Shown piece after piece: positions 26,845 through 36,182 of a stretch of DNA of 64,000 bases. The position numbers and the translations under genes were made by a program. The notes below the pieces were generated by a model. That model ran no database searches, had not been told where the DNA came from, and saw only the letters and a program-made list of their open reading frames with translations. Source of the DNA: Dehalococcoidia bacterium. GTDB lineage: Bacteria; Chloroflexota; Dehalococcoidia; UBA2979. Location of the stretch: positions 320,001 through 384,000 of the forward strand of contig CAXXDN010000002.1 of NCBI GenBank assembly GCA_963667465.2. The letters are read 5' to 3'. How positions within the stretch are numbered: position 1 is the stretch's first letter; each line of letters opens with the position of its first letter.

Positions 26845-28188
26845 TCAGGCGAGGTCGGTCGCCCGCGCGGCCGTGACGATCACCGCGCCGATTGCGGCCA
26901 GGGCGCTGTACTGGACCAGCACCTCGCGGCTGAGCTGGCCGCGCAGCCGGGCGGCCAGCACGCCGCTCACGAAGAAGAAGGCGATCAGCAGCGCGACGGC
27001 GGCCAGGTGGCCGTCCAGCGGCACGAAATGCAGCGCCCAGCGCAGCTCCCCGATCACCAGCGCCCCCACCAGCGCGAAGGTCAGCATGTCGAGCAGACCG
27101 AGGCTGGAGTTGCGCAGCACCTCGAACGAGAGCAGGCCACCCACGAGCGCCGCCGTAGCGACGGCGGCGGGCAGCGAGGGGTCGCGGGTGTAGAGCAGCG
27201 AGAGCAGCGCGAAGGCGGTCAGGTAGGCGCCCACGTCCGAGACCAGGCGCGCCTCGGCGGCCCCGATCGCGAACTCGCGGACGCTGCGGAGCTCGGCGAC
27301 CACGATTGCCGCGAAGCCGAGTCCGGCGGCGATGGCACTGAACGGGACCCAGAGGCCGCGCGCGTTCTGGTCGATGAACAGCGGGATCGCCAGCGCATAG
27401 AGCGCGGGCAGCACGAGTTGCGGCGTGCTGTCCGCGCCGAGCTCGAACGTCCTCGGATGCTCGCTGCGCAGCACGCCGTGCGTGCCGAGCGCCGCCGCGA
27501 GGACGCCAAGGAGCAGGATCCAGCGCGGCGCAGGCTCGGTGAGCACGAACATCAGGAAGGACAGCGTGACGATCGTCACCAGCACGATGGCCGCGGCGGG
27601 TGTCGCTGCGCGCAGCCACCGGAAGGCCTCGGCCAACAGCTTGGCCAGCACCCGCAGCCGCCGGAGCGCCCGGATGGCGAGCCTGCGTAGCGCCCGCAGC
27701 GCCACGACCGTGATGTGGTGCAGCCACACGAGCAACCGGGCGATGAGGGCGCGGAGCCGCCGAAGCGCCCGGACGATGAGATCGCGCAGCGCCCGCAGTC
27801 GGGGGCGTGCCCAGGCGGCGAACTGGCGCAGCCGCGCGAGTGCCCAGGCGGCGAACTGGCGCAGCCGCGCGAGTGCCCAGGCGGCGAAGGCGCGCAGTGC
27901 CCGCAGCCGGGGGCGTGCCCAGGCGGCGAACTCGCGGAGCAGCGTGAGCACTCGTGCGGCGAAGGCGCGCAGTGCCTGCAAGTGAGGGCGTGCCCAGGCG
28001 GCGAACTCGTGCAGCCGCGCGTTCCCGCGCACGGCAACCTCGCGCACCCGCGAGAGCGCCGGGCCAGCGCCGTCCCGCACCGCGCGCAGCCGCGCGCGCG
28101 GCTGCGCGCGCGCGGCAAGGTCGCTCAGCTGCTCGCGCGCCTGCGCCCAGATGCCCCCGTCATCGCTCGGCGGCTCGGGGTCGGCCAT
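26845..28188 (-). CDS. Multi-pass membrane protein (possibly DUF5656-like) with N-terminal amphipathic repeats
   Basis: About 8 hydrophobic helices C-terminally; repeated FAAWA(RPR/LAR)LR units N-terminally. Confidence 0.7.
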   Translation of the reverse strand: MADPEPPSDDGGIWAQAREQLSDLAARAQPRARLRAVRDGAGPALSRVREVAVRGNARLHEFAAWARPHLQALRAFAARVLTLLREFAAWARPRLRALRAFAAWALARLRQFAAWALARLRQFAAWARPRLRALRDLIVRALRRLRALIARLLVWLHHITVVALRALRRLAIRALRRLRVLAKLLAEAFRWLRAATPAAAIVLVTIVTLSFLMFVLTEPAPRWILLLGVLAAALGTHGVLRSEHPRTFELGADSTPQLVLPALYALAIPLFIDQNARGLWVPFSAIAAGLGFAAIVVAELRSVREFAIGAAEARLVSDVGAYLTAFALLSLLYTRDPSLPAAVATAALVGGLLSFEVLRNSSLGLLDMLTFALVGALVIGELRWALHFVPLDGHLAAVALLIAFFFVSGVLAARLRGQLSREVLVQYSALAAIGAVIVTAARATDLA

Positions 28189-28228
28189 GGCGCCGCCCGG
28201 CTCCTCGGCCGCCGCGCCGTCCGGTTCC

Positions 28229-29137
28229 TCAGTCTGGTCGGTTGGTTGGCTGCTCGTCGGCAAGTACCGGCTCCGCCTCCCCGAACAACTCCGCAGCATT
28301 ACGGTACCAAATGCGATCGCGCTCCTCGTCGCTCAGCCCCAGTGCTTCGAACATCCAGCGGAAACGGTCGACGTGCTGCCCGATCTCCTCGTTCCCACAG
28401 TCGGAGCCCCAGACCAGCTTCTCGACACCGATCTCGCGGCCGATCAGGCGGCGTTCCATCGCGTGGCGCTCGATCGTCTCGCCGCCGGAGAGGTCGAACA
28501 CCACGTTGTGCCGCCAGCGCGCCACTGACGCCGACTCGTCGTAGTTCCCGGTGCCTCCGAGGTGCGCGCCGATCAGCGGGAGGTCCGGGAAGTTGTTCGC
28601 GATCGTGTCGAGCTGGAAGGGCCGCATCCGCGCCGCGGAGACATTGCGCGGGCCGCCGCGGCGGCGGAACTCCTGCCAGCGCCGCAGTGCGGCGGCCGCC
28701 TCCGGATCGCGTCGCGGGTGCGTGATCGAGTAGTCGACACCTCCGCCGATGACGCCGAGATGGAAGAGGATCGGCATGCGCCGCTCCTCGGCGGCGGCGT
28801 ACACGGTGAAGTAGCTCGGGTCGTCGATGGGCAGGGGAGCCCCGATGATCTTGAGGCCGCGGTAGCCGATGCCGTGGAGCCGTTCGATCTCGCCCGGCGG
28901 AACCTCCCCCATTGGCAGCGAGGCGACGGGGACCAGCAGGTCCTCGTGCCGCCGCAGGTACTCCAGGGCCTCGTCGTGCGAGGGGCCCGGCATGTTGCGG
29001 CCGCCGCACAGCACCGAGGCGCGCGTGACGCCGGCCGCGCGCAAGGCGTCGGCGCGCGCGTCGATCTGCTGTGCGTGGTCCTCGCGCTCGGGGTGTTCCC
29101 AGTCGCGGGGGAAATGGCAGTGCACGTCCCAGATCAC
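28229..29137 (-). CDS. Amidohydrolase_2 family protein
   Basis: WDVHCH, GLK, ILFHLG, IGAHLG, KLVWGSD, NAAELF. Confidence 0.88.
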   Translation of the reverse strand: MIWDVHCHFPRDWEHPEREDHAQQIDARADALRAAGVTRASVLCGGRNMPGPSHDEALEYLRRHEDLLVPVASLPMGEVPPGEIERLHGIGYRGLKIIGAPLPIDDPSYFTVYAAAEERRMPILFHLGVIGGGVDYSITHPRRDPEAAAALRRWQEFRRRGGPRNVSAARMRPFQLDTIANNFPDLPLIGAHLGGTGNYDESASVARWRHNVVFDLSGGETIERHAMERRLIGREIGVEKLVWGSDCGNEEIGQHVDRFRWMFEALGLSDEERDRIWYRNAAELFGEAEPVLADEQPTNRPD

Positions 29138-29161
29138 GGTCAGTCCTTCCCTCGAGGCCGC

Positions 29162-29635
29162 CTACGGCCTTCGCATCGTCTGCACCGAGCGCGTCTCGAA
29201 GCCGAGCTTCTCCCAGAAGCGGCGCGCCGGCGTGTTCGCCCACAACACCGAGGCCTCCACGGACGTGACGCCGCGGGCTCGCATCCTCGCCAGCCAGACC
29301 TCGACGGCGGCGCGGCCGACGCCGCGAGCGCGCTGCGCGGGCTCCACGTAGCACTCGATCACCTCGCCGATCTCGCGCTCCTCCTCGGGCCAGTCCGGGA
29401 CGACGCGCGTGATCAGGAAGCCGGCCCGCGCGGCGCCGGCGATCATCCACTCGATCTGCTGGCCGTCCGGGTCGGCGTCGAGCGCCTCCCGGTACGCCTC
29501 GACGGGCGGCGCGGGGTCCCATGGCAGCTCGTAGGCGTCGAGCTCGGCGAGGTAGCCGGCGAGCATCGCGAAGAACGCCTCCCGCTCGCCGGGCGCGACT
29601 TCCCGCAGTGCGACGGGCGCACCGCCGGCGGTCAT
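29162..29635 (-). CDS. GNAT acetyltransferase
   Basis: YVEPAQRARGVG, NTPARRFWEKLGF. Confidence 0.88.
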   Translation of the reverse strand: MTAGGAPVALREVAPGEREAFFAMLAGYLAELDAYELPWDPAPPVEAYREALDADPDGQQIEWMIAGAARAGFLITRVVPDWPEEEREIGEVIECYVEPAQRARGVGRAAVEVWLARMRARGVTSVEASVLWANTPARRFWEKLGFETRSVQTMRRP

Positions 29636-32600
29636 GCGCGCACCGCCCCGGCAGGCGTGCGCGGAGCAGCCGTGTCCGGCTCGCCGAGCAATCGCAGGAG
29701 CGCCTCGATCGCGTCGAGCCAATCCGTGCCGAGGGCTGCGCGAGGCAGCCGCAGCTGCGTCTGGCCGATGCGCACGCCGGCCGGCAGCGGCGGGAGCCGG
29801 CGGCGGCCGAACGGGGCGCCCTGGCGCGCGACGAGCACGATCTCGCCGCCCTCGGCGCGGACGGCGGACACGCCTGCCTCACCCGCGGCGAGCCGAATAC
29901 GCACGAGGGCGAACAGCTCGCGCAACGGCTCCGGGAGCTCGCCGAAGCGGTCGATGACCTCGGTGCTGAGGTCCGTCTCCTCGCGCAGGTCGCGCAGTCC
30001 GGCGATGCGCTGGTAGAGCGCGATGCGCGCCTCGAGGTCCTCGATGTAGCGCTCGGGGATGAAGGCGGAGGCGGGCAGGTCCAGCGACACCGGGCGCGGC
30101 GGCGAGGGCGCGTCGCGCCCGTCGCGCTTCGCGCGCAGGCCCTCGACGGCCGTCGCGAGCATCTGCGTGTAGAGGTCGAAGCCGACGGCGGCGATCTGGC
30201 CGCTCTGCTCCGCGCCCAGCAGGTTGCCGGCGCCGCGAATCTCGAGGTCGCGCAGCGCCACCTGCAGCCCCGCGCCCAGCTCGGTCGCCTCGAAGATCGT
30301 TGCGAGGCGCTGCTGCGCGGCCTCGTTGAGGACGCCGCCGCGGCGGTGCAGCAGGTAGGCGCGCGCCTGCTGTGAGCCGCGGCCGACGCGCCCTCGGAGC
30401 TGGTAGAGCTGCGCGAGGCCGAGCCGTTCCGCGAGGTCGACGATCAGCGTGTTGACGTTCGGGATGTCGATGCCGGACTCGATGATCGTGGTGCAGACCA
30501 GCACGTCCGCCTCACCGGCGGCGAAGCGCTCCATCACGCTGCGCAGCACCCCGCGATGCATCTGCCCGTGCCCGACCACGATGCGCGCCTCCGGCACGAG
30601 CTCGCGCAGCCGATCGGCGAACTGGTCGATGCTGTGTACGCGGTTGTGGACGACGTAGGTCTGCCCGCCGCGCTCGAGTTCGCCGAGGATCGCCTCGCGC
30701 ACAAGTGCACCGTCCCACTCGGCCACCCAGGTCTGGACGGGCAGGCGGTCCTCGGGGGCCGACTCCATCGTCGACATGTCGCGGATGCCGGCCAGGGTCA
30801 TGTGCAGCGTGCGCGGAATCGGCGTCGCCGAGAGCGTGAGCACGTCCACCTCGAGGCGCATGCGCTTGAGTCGCTCCTTGTGCGCCACGCCAAAGCGCTG
30901 TTCCTCGTCGATGATCACAAGGCCGAGGTTTGCGAACTCGACGCCCGGCTGGAGCAGCCGGTGCGTGCCGATCACGATGTCGATCGCGCCCTCGCGCAGG
31001 CCCGCGATCACCTCGCGGGCCTCGGCGTCCGTGCGGAAGCGCGAGAGCGTCTCGATGCGCGCGGGGAAGGGCGCGAGGCGCTCTCGGAAGGTGCGCTCGT
31101 GCTGCTGCGCGAGCACTGTCGTGGGTACGAGGATGGCGACCTGGTAGCCGTCCTGGACGGCCTTGAAGGCGGCGCGCACGGCGACCTCGGTCTTCCCGAA
31201 GCCGACATCGCCGAGGACGATGCGGTCCATCGGCTGGCGCGCTTCCATGTCGCGCTTCACCTCGGCGATCACGCGCTCCTGGTCCGGGGTCTCCTCGTAG
31301 GGGAACGCGGACTCCAGCTCGTGCTGCCACTCGCCGTCGGCGGCAAAGGCGTGACCGCGCAGCAGCTGGCGCGCGGCGTAGAGACGCAGCAGATCCGCCG
31401 CCAGCTCCCCGACCGCCTCGCGCACCCGCGCGCGCGTCCGTGCCCACTCCTGCGTGCCGAGGCGCGTGAGCCTTGGCGCCCGGTCCGAGTCCGCGAGGTA
31501 GCGGCTGACGCGGTCGATCTGCTCGATCGGGACGTAGAGCCGATCCTCGCCCGCGTAGCGCAGCTGCAGGTAGTCGCGCTGCTCCTCGCCCACGTCGCGG
31601 CGCACGATGCCGGCGAAGCGCGCGATCCCGTGGTCGGCATGCACCACGAAGTCGCCGGGCGTGACGTCGGCGAGGAAACGCGCGCGGTGCGAGGCGCCGC
31701 GGCGCAGCGCGCGGCGCTTGCGGATGAAGCCCAGCAGCTCGCGGTCCGTCGCCAGCGCCAACTCGCCTCGCGGCGTCGCGATACGCCAGCCGCCGGGCAG
31801 CGAGCCCTGCACGAGGGCGAGCGAGCCGGGTGCGGGCGGCGCAGCGAGCCCGCTCTCGACGCGGACGGGCACGCCCGCCTCGGCGAGCAGCTCGCGGAAG
31901 CGCTGCGCCTGCTGCGTAACCACGACGATGCGGTCGCCGCGCTGCACGCGCCGCTCGAGCTCGCGTGCGGCGATCTGCAGTCGCCCTGCGTAGGCGTCGT
32001 GCACGGCGAACGGCAGGCGCAGCGCGCCGGCCCCGGCGCCGGTGACCCAGCGCGAGAACGTCGCGCGCGGCGCGCGCCGCTCGATCTGCTCGATCAACGC
32101 CTGCTCACCGAGGTGCGGGCGCGGCGCGTCCGCAGGCAGTTCGCCTTCCCGGGCGAGGAGTTGCGCGCGCTCGGCGGTCAGCTCGTCCTGCTCGGCCGCC
32201 GCGGCGAGCACTGCGTCCTCCTCGTCGACGATCAGCAGCGCACCGTCACCGAGGTGATCGAAGAGCGTCGCCTCCCCGGCGAGTGGCCCGTAGCGGGAGG
32301 GCGCCGGCAGCTCGCCTCGCCCCAGCGAGGCGAGCTCCTCGCCCAGCTCGCTACTCGTCGTGCTCCCCGTATTCGTGACGCCATCGAGGCGGGCCGCCAG
32401 GTCGAGCAGCGCGTGGCGGTCCGGGAACCACTCGCGCGCCGGGCCGATCTGTGCCGCAGCGAGGCGCTCGACCGTGCGCTGCGTCTCCGGGTCGAAGCGC
32501 CGGATCGACTCGACCTCGTCGCCGAACAGCTCGATGCGCAGTGGCAGTGCCTCGGTCGGCGGGAAGACGTCGAGGATCCCGCCACGCCGCGCCGCCTCGC

Positions 32601-33150
32601 CTGGCGCCTCGACGAGCGGGCCGAGCGTGTAGCCGGCCTCGACGAGCTCGAGCGCGAGCGCATCGAGGGCGATCCGGCCGCCCGTCGCGACGCGACCAGG
32701 CCCGGCTCCGAGGTCAGGGCGCCGTGCGGTGAAGCCCGTGGCCGCGACCACGGAGGCAATGACGATCGGCGGATCGGGATCGCGATCGCCGAGCGCGAGC
32801 CTCGCGAGGAGTGCGAGCCGGCGCTGCGTGACCGTCGCCGGTGCGGGCTCGCGTGCGTAGGGCAGCCCCGGCCGTGCCGGGAAGTGGAGCGCTGTGTCCC
32901 CGACCCAGACGCTGAGCGCTTCGGCGTAGGCCTCGGCGTCCCGCTCGCGCGGGACAAGCAGCAGCACCGGTCGGCGCAGGCCGTGCCGCAACGAGGCGAC
33001 GACGGCCGCCTTCGCCCCGTCCGCGACACCGAGCGCGAGGCGCTCGCCCCTCCCGAGGCGTGTTGAGGCCTCGGCAAGCGGCGGGACCGCGCCGAGCGGG
33101 TCGAGCAGCGCCTCCAGCGGCGCCGCGAGGGCAGGGGACGAGCGGTCCAG
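29632..33150 (-). CDS. mfd: Transcription-repair coupling factor
   Basis: RGGILDVFP, CarD-like VVHADHGI, GDVGFGKTEVA, DEEQRFG, SATPIPRT, QLRGRVGR; start uncertain (CTG 33150 after AAGGAGG, or TTG 33192). Confidence 0.97.
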   Translation of the reverse strand: MDRSSPALAAPLEALLDPLGAVPPLAEASTRLGRGERLALGVADGAKAAVVASLRHGLRRPVLLLVPRERDAEAYAEALSVWVGDTALHFPARPGLPYAREPAPATVTQRRLALLARLALGDRDPDPPIVIASVVAATGFTARRPDLGAGPGRVATGGRIALDALALELVEAGYTLGPLVEAPGEAARRGGILDVFPPTEALPLRIELFGDEVESIRRFDPETQRTVERLAAAQIGPAREWFPDRHALLDLAARLDGVTNTGSTTSSELGEELASLGRGELPAPSRYGPLAGEATLFDHLGDGALLIVDEEDAVLAAAAEQDELTAERAQLLAREGELPADAPRPHLGEQALIEQIERRAPRATFSRWVTGAGAGALRLPFAVHDAYAGRLQIAARELERRVQRGDRIVVVTQQAQRFRELLAEAGVPVRVESGLAAPPAPGSLALVQGSLPGGWRIATPRGELALATDRELLGFIRKRRALRRGASHRARFLADVTPGDFVVHADHGIARFAGIVRRDVGEEQRDYLQLRYAGEDRLYVPIEQIDRVSRYLADSDRAPRLTRLGTQEWARTRARVREAVGELAADLLRLYAARQLLRGHAFAADGEWQHELESAFPYEETPDQERVIAEVKRDMEARQPMDRIVLGDVGFGKTEVAVRAAFKAVQDGYQVAILVPTTVLAQQHERTFRERLAPFPARIETLSRFRTDAEAREVIAGLREGAIDIVIGTHRLLQPGVEFANLGLVIIDEEQRFGVAHKERLKRMRLEVDVLTLSATPIPRTLHMTLAGIRDMSTMESAPEDRLPVQTWVAEWDGALVREAILGELERGGQTYVVHNRVHSIDQFADRLRELVPEARIVVGHGQMHRGVLRSVMERFAAGEADVLVCTTIIESGIDIPNVNTLIVDLAERLGLAQLYQLRGRVGRGSQQARAYLLHRRGGVLNEAAQQRLATIFEATELGAGLQVALRDLEIRGAGNLLGAEQSGQIAAVGFDLYTQMLATAVEGLRAKRDGRDAPSPPRPVSLDLPASAFIPERYIEDLEARIALYQRIAGLRDLREETDLSTEVIDRFGELPEPLRELFALVRIRLAAGEAGVSAVRAEGGEIVLVARQGAPFGRRRLPPLPAGVRIGQTQLRLPRAALGTDWLDAIEALLRLLGEPDTAAPRTPAGAVRA

Positions 33151-33286
33151 TGCGGCCTCCTTGCTGCTGCGGTCGTGCGACGCGCGCCCCAATACGGGGC
33201 GTTCCCCGCGGAGCGCCCCGTGGCTGGTGTGCCGAGTCTGGGAGCCAGTCTAGCCCGGCCCGGGTTTACGCCCCCGTAATGCTGGA

Positions 33287-33982
33287 CTACCCGCTGCCGT
33301 GGAGGCTGCGCATCGCGGCCTCCACGCTTTCGCGCACCGCGAGCTCCACCGCGTCCGCAGCCGCCTCGACGGCGCCCCCGAGGGCTTCGCGCTCCTCGCG
33401 GCCGGGCTTCCCGAGCACCCAGTCCGCGACGCGATCGGGGTCGCGCACCGGCTTGCCGTCGTCGTAGGGGCGGTCGATGCCGATGCGGATGCGCGGGAAG
33501 TCGCCGCCGCCGAGCGCGCCGATGATCGAGCGCATCCCGTTGTTGCCGCCGTGGCCGCCCTGCTGGCGCATCCGCACGCGCGCGAGCGGCAGATCGATCT
33601 CGTCGTAGACGACGAGCAGGGCGTCGCGCAGCAGCCCCAGCCGCCGCAGCTCCGAGGCGACGGCGGGGCCGCTCTCGTTGTAGTAGCTGCGCGGCGTGGC
33701 GAGGTGCAGCGTGTGCCCGTCGAGCTCGATCGTGGCGCGCGCTACGCGGCGGTCGCGCGAAAGCTGCGCGCCGTACCGTGCCGCGAGCCGCTCGATGCAC
33801 CAGGCGCCGGCGTTGTGGCGCGTGCCACGGTACTCGGCGCCGGGGTTGCCGAGACCGACGACGAGCCTCGGGCGCACCGCCTCGCCCGCCGGCGCCTCAT
33901 CAGGCTCGGCGCCCTCGGCGTCGTGGCGGGGCGCCTCGCGGAGGCGGGCGCGGAAGGCGGCGAAGCGGCGGCGCAGGCCCAT
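33287..33982 (-). CDS. pth: Peptidyl-tRNA hydrolase
   Basis: LVVGLGNPG.EY..TRHNAG, YNESG, GGHGGNNG, RIRIGI; start uncertain. Confidence 0.93.
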   Translation of the reverse strand: MGLRRRFAAFRARLREAPRHDAEGAEPDEAPAGEAVRPRLVVGLGNPGAEYRGTRHNAGAWCIERLAARYGAQLSRDRRVARATIELDGHTLHLATPRSYYNESGPAVASELRRLGLLRDALLVVYDEIDLPLARVRMRQQGGHGGNNGMRSIIGALGGGDFPRIRIGIDRPYDDGKPVRDPDRVADWVLGKPGREEREALGGAVEAAADAVELAVRESVEAAMRSLHGSG

Positions 33983-34058
33983 GCAGCCATCGTCCGGCCA
34001 CGGATGGCGCAGGTGCAAGGCGCTTGCTGCCAGCCGCGCTCGTGGTGGTTGAGTCCTG

Positions 34059-34079
34059 ATATGATACTCAGTATCATAT
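34059..34079. promoter_or_regulatory. Perfect 21-bp palindromic operator
   Basis: ATATGATACT-C-AGTATCATAT, AT-rich, between divergent pth and acyl-CoA dehydrogenase. Confidence 0.7.
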
Positions 34080-34122
34080 GCGGTCAGCCAGGGACGGCCG
34101 GGGGCACTCGCCGGAGGTGACC

Positions 34123-35391
34123 GTGACACATGCGCCGGTAGAGTCGACACGATTCGTTGGACTGGGTGAGCCCCCGATGGTCACGCTGCCCTGCCGCGAG
34201 TTGATTGAGATCGCGCGCAGCCTCGGCGCCGCGCACGCCGACGCCGCGGCTGCGTGCGACCGCAGCGGCGAGATCAACGTCGCGCTGGTCGAGGATCTGC
34301 GGGCCGCCGGCTACCTGACCGCGGCCATGCCGCGTTCCAGCGGCGGCGGCGGGCACAGCCTCGGGGAGATCGTGCTCGCGCAGGCCGCCCTCGCGGAGTA
34401 CGACGCGGCGACTGCTCTCGGCGTTGGGATGCACCTCATGGTACTCGGCAACGAGGGCTGGGGGACACGCTGGCATCCGCGCCGCCGGGAGCGCCTGTTC
34501 GACTACGCCCGTCAGCCCGGCGCGCTGTTCAACGTGCTCGCGACGGAGCCGGATCTCGGGGCCCCACAGCGCCTCGAGCGGCCCGCGACGACCCTCGCCC
34601 CGGACGGTCCGGACCGCTGGATCCTGAACGGGCGCAAGTCGTTCGCAACGTTCGCCGAGCGGCTCAGCCACGGGGTGGTCTACGCCTCGGTCGACGACGG
34701 CTCCGATGACGTCTGCCTCGTGCTGCTGCCGATGTCGACGCCCGGCATCTCGATCAAGCGGACCTGGAACGCGGTCGGCATGCGTGCGACCGCCTCCCAC
34801 GACGTGATCTTCGATGGCGTGCCCGTGGGCGCGGACGACATCGTGAATCGCTCGGGGTACCGTGTGCTCACGAAGCGCCCGGCAATGACTCCCTGGTTCG
34901 CGCTCCCGGTCGCCGCGGTCTACCTCGGCATCGCGCGCGCCGCGAGGAATCACGCCATCGAGTACGCCCGCACCCGGCGGCCCGGCGGTGGGGCCCGGGC
35001 CGCGGATGACCCGCATGTGCGCGAGCTCACGGGGCGCATGGACGCCGAGCTGATGGCCGCCGAATCGACGATCCTCGTCGCCGCGTCGGCGGCCGGACTC
35101 GAACTGCTCGCAGCGCCCCGCTTCGAGGCGATCGAGCCGATCGAGGCGGCCGCGAAGCTAGTGGTCACCTCGACCGCGGTCCGCGTCGTGGACGCGGCGA
35201 TGCGCATCGCCGGCGGTGCGGCGCTCCGCGACGGCTTGCCCCTCGAGCGCTGCTACCGCGACGTGCGCTCCGGGCCCGTGCACCACCCGAACGACGGACG
35301 CGCGCTCGCGGTGCTCGCCGGGCACGCACTCGACCAGCTCCGCCGGCCGGTCGGCATCGAGGGATCGCGGCTGTTCCGGGCCATCGCCTGA
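34123..35391 (+). CDS. Acyl-CoA dehydrogenase / flavin-dependent monooxygenase-fold protein
   Basis: WILNGRKSFAT, WNAVGMRATASHDV, LERCYRDVR; GGAGGTG RBS. Confidence 0.85.
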   Translation: MTHAPVESTRFVGLGEPPMVTLPCRELIEIARSLGAAHADAAAACDRSGEINVALVEDLRAAGYLTAAMPRSSGGGGHSLGEIVLAQAALAEYDAATALGVGMHLMVLGNEGWGTRWHPRRRERLFDYARQPGALFNVLATEPDLGAPQRLERPATTLAPDGPDRWILNGRKSFATFAERLSHGVVYASVDDGSDDVCLVLLPMSTPGISIKRTWNAVGMRATASHDVIFDGVPVGADDIVNRSGYRVLTKRPAMTPWFALPVAAVYLGIARAARNHAIEYARTRRPGGGARAADDPHVRELTGRMDAELMAAESTILVAASAAGLELLAAPRFEAIEPIEAAAKLVVTSTAVRVVDAAMRIAGGAALRDGLPLERCYRDVRSGPVHHPNDGRALAVLAGHALDQLRRPVGIEGSRLFRAIA

Positions 35392-35481
35392 GGCCCCTCC
35401 TCCGCCCGCTCGCTTGCGGCTCACGAACGCGCGTCCGTATGCTCGCAGCGCCTTACGCCGCCACGAGGATTGGAGCACCAG

Positions 35482-36174
35482 TTGAGCGACCCGATCGCCG
35501 CCGCACGCGCGGACGGCCGCACACTCCTGACCGAGGTCGAATCGAAGCAGTTGCTCCATGACGCGGGCATCACCGTCACGCAGGCGCGCCTCGCGACGAG
35601 CGCCGACGAGGCTGTCGCCGCCGCCGAGGAGTTCGGCTACCCGGCCGTCCTCAAGGTCGTCTCCGGCGACATCGCCCACAAGTCCGATGTCGGCGGCGTC
35701 GAGCTCGGGCTTGGCGACGGCGACGCGGTGCGCGCGGCCTACGACCGCATCATGGCCTCGGTGAAGGCCGCCGAGCCCGACGCCCACGTAGGCGGCGTCT
35801 CCGTACAGCAGATGGCCGACCCCGGTGTCGAGGTGATCATCGGCATGACCACGGACCCGCAGTTCGGTCCGGTCCTCGCCTTCGGCCTCGGCGGCATCAT
35901 GGTCGAGGTGCTGAAGGACGTCGCCTTCCGCATCGTGCCCCTGGAGCCGCGCGACGCCGGACAGATCGTGCGCGAGATCAAGGGCTACCCGGTCCTCGAG
36001 GGCGTGCGCGGGCAGCCCGGCGCCGACATCGACGCGCTGGAGTCGATGATCCTCGAGGTCTCCGCCTTCGCGGAGGCCCACCCGGAGATTGCGGAGCTCG
36101 ACCTCAACCCGGTGTTCGCGCGCCCGGACGGCGCGATCGCGGTGGACGCGCGCGTCGTCCTCGCGGAGGCATAG
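35482..36174 (+). CDS. NDP-forming acyl-CoA synthetase, beta (ATP-grasp) subunit
   Basis: LTEVESK, GYPAVLKVVS..IAHKSDVGGV, DPQFGP, ELDLNP, VDAR. Confidence 0.92.
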   Translation: MSDPIAAARADGRTLLTEVESKQLLHDAGITVTQARLATSADEAVAAAEEFGYPAVLKVVSGDIAHKSDVGGVELGLGDGDAVRAAYDRIMASVKAAEPDAHVGGVSVQQMADPGVEVIIGMTTDPQFGPVLAFGLGGIMVEVLKDVAFRIVPLEPRDAGQIVREIKGYPVLEGVRGQPGADIDALESMILEVSAFAEAHPEIAELDLNPVFARPDGAIAVDARVVLAEA

Positions 36175-36182
36175 CCGCCTCG

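Noticed and set aside
26684-26845. tRNA-Pro as an integration site
   Set aside because: No integrase nearby and no duplicated tRNA 3' end noticed in the window
30556-33066. Very long antisense or alternative-frame ORFs (also 46495-49104, 53498-55750, 10948-12786, 56009-58156)
   Set aside because: Shadow ORFs expected at high GC opposite recognisable genes; no motifs of their own
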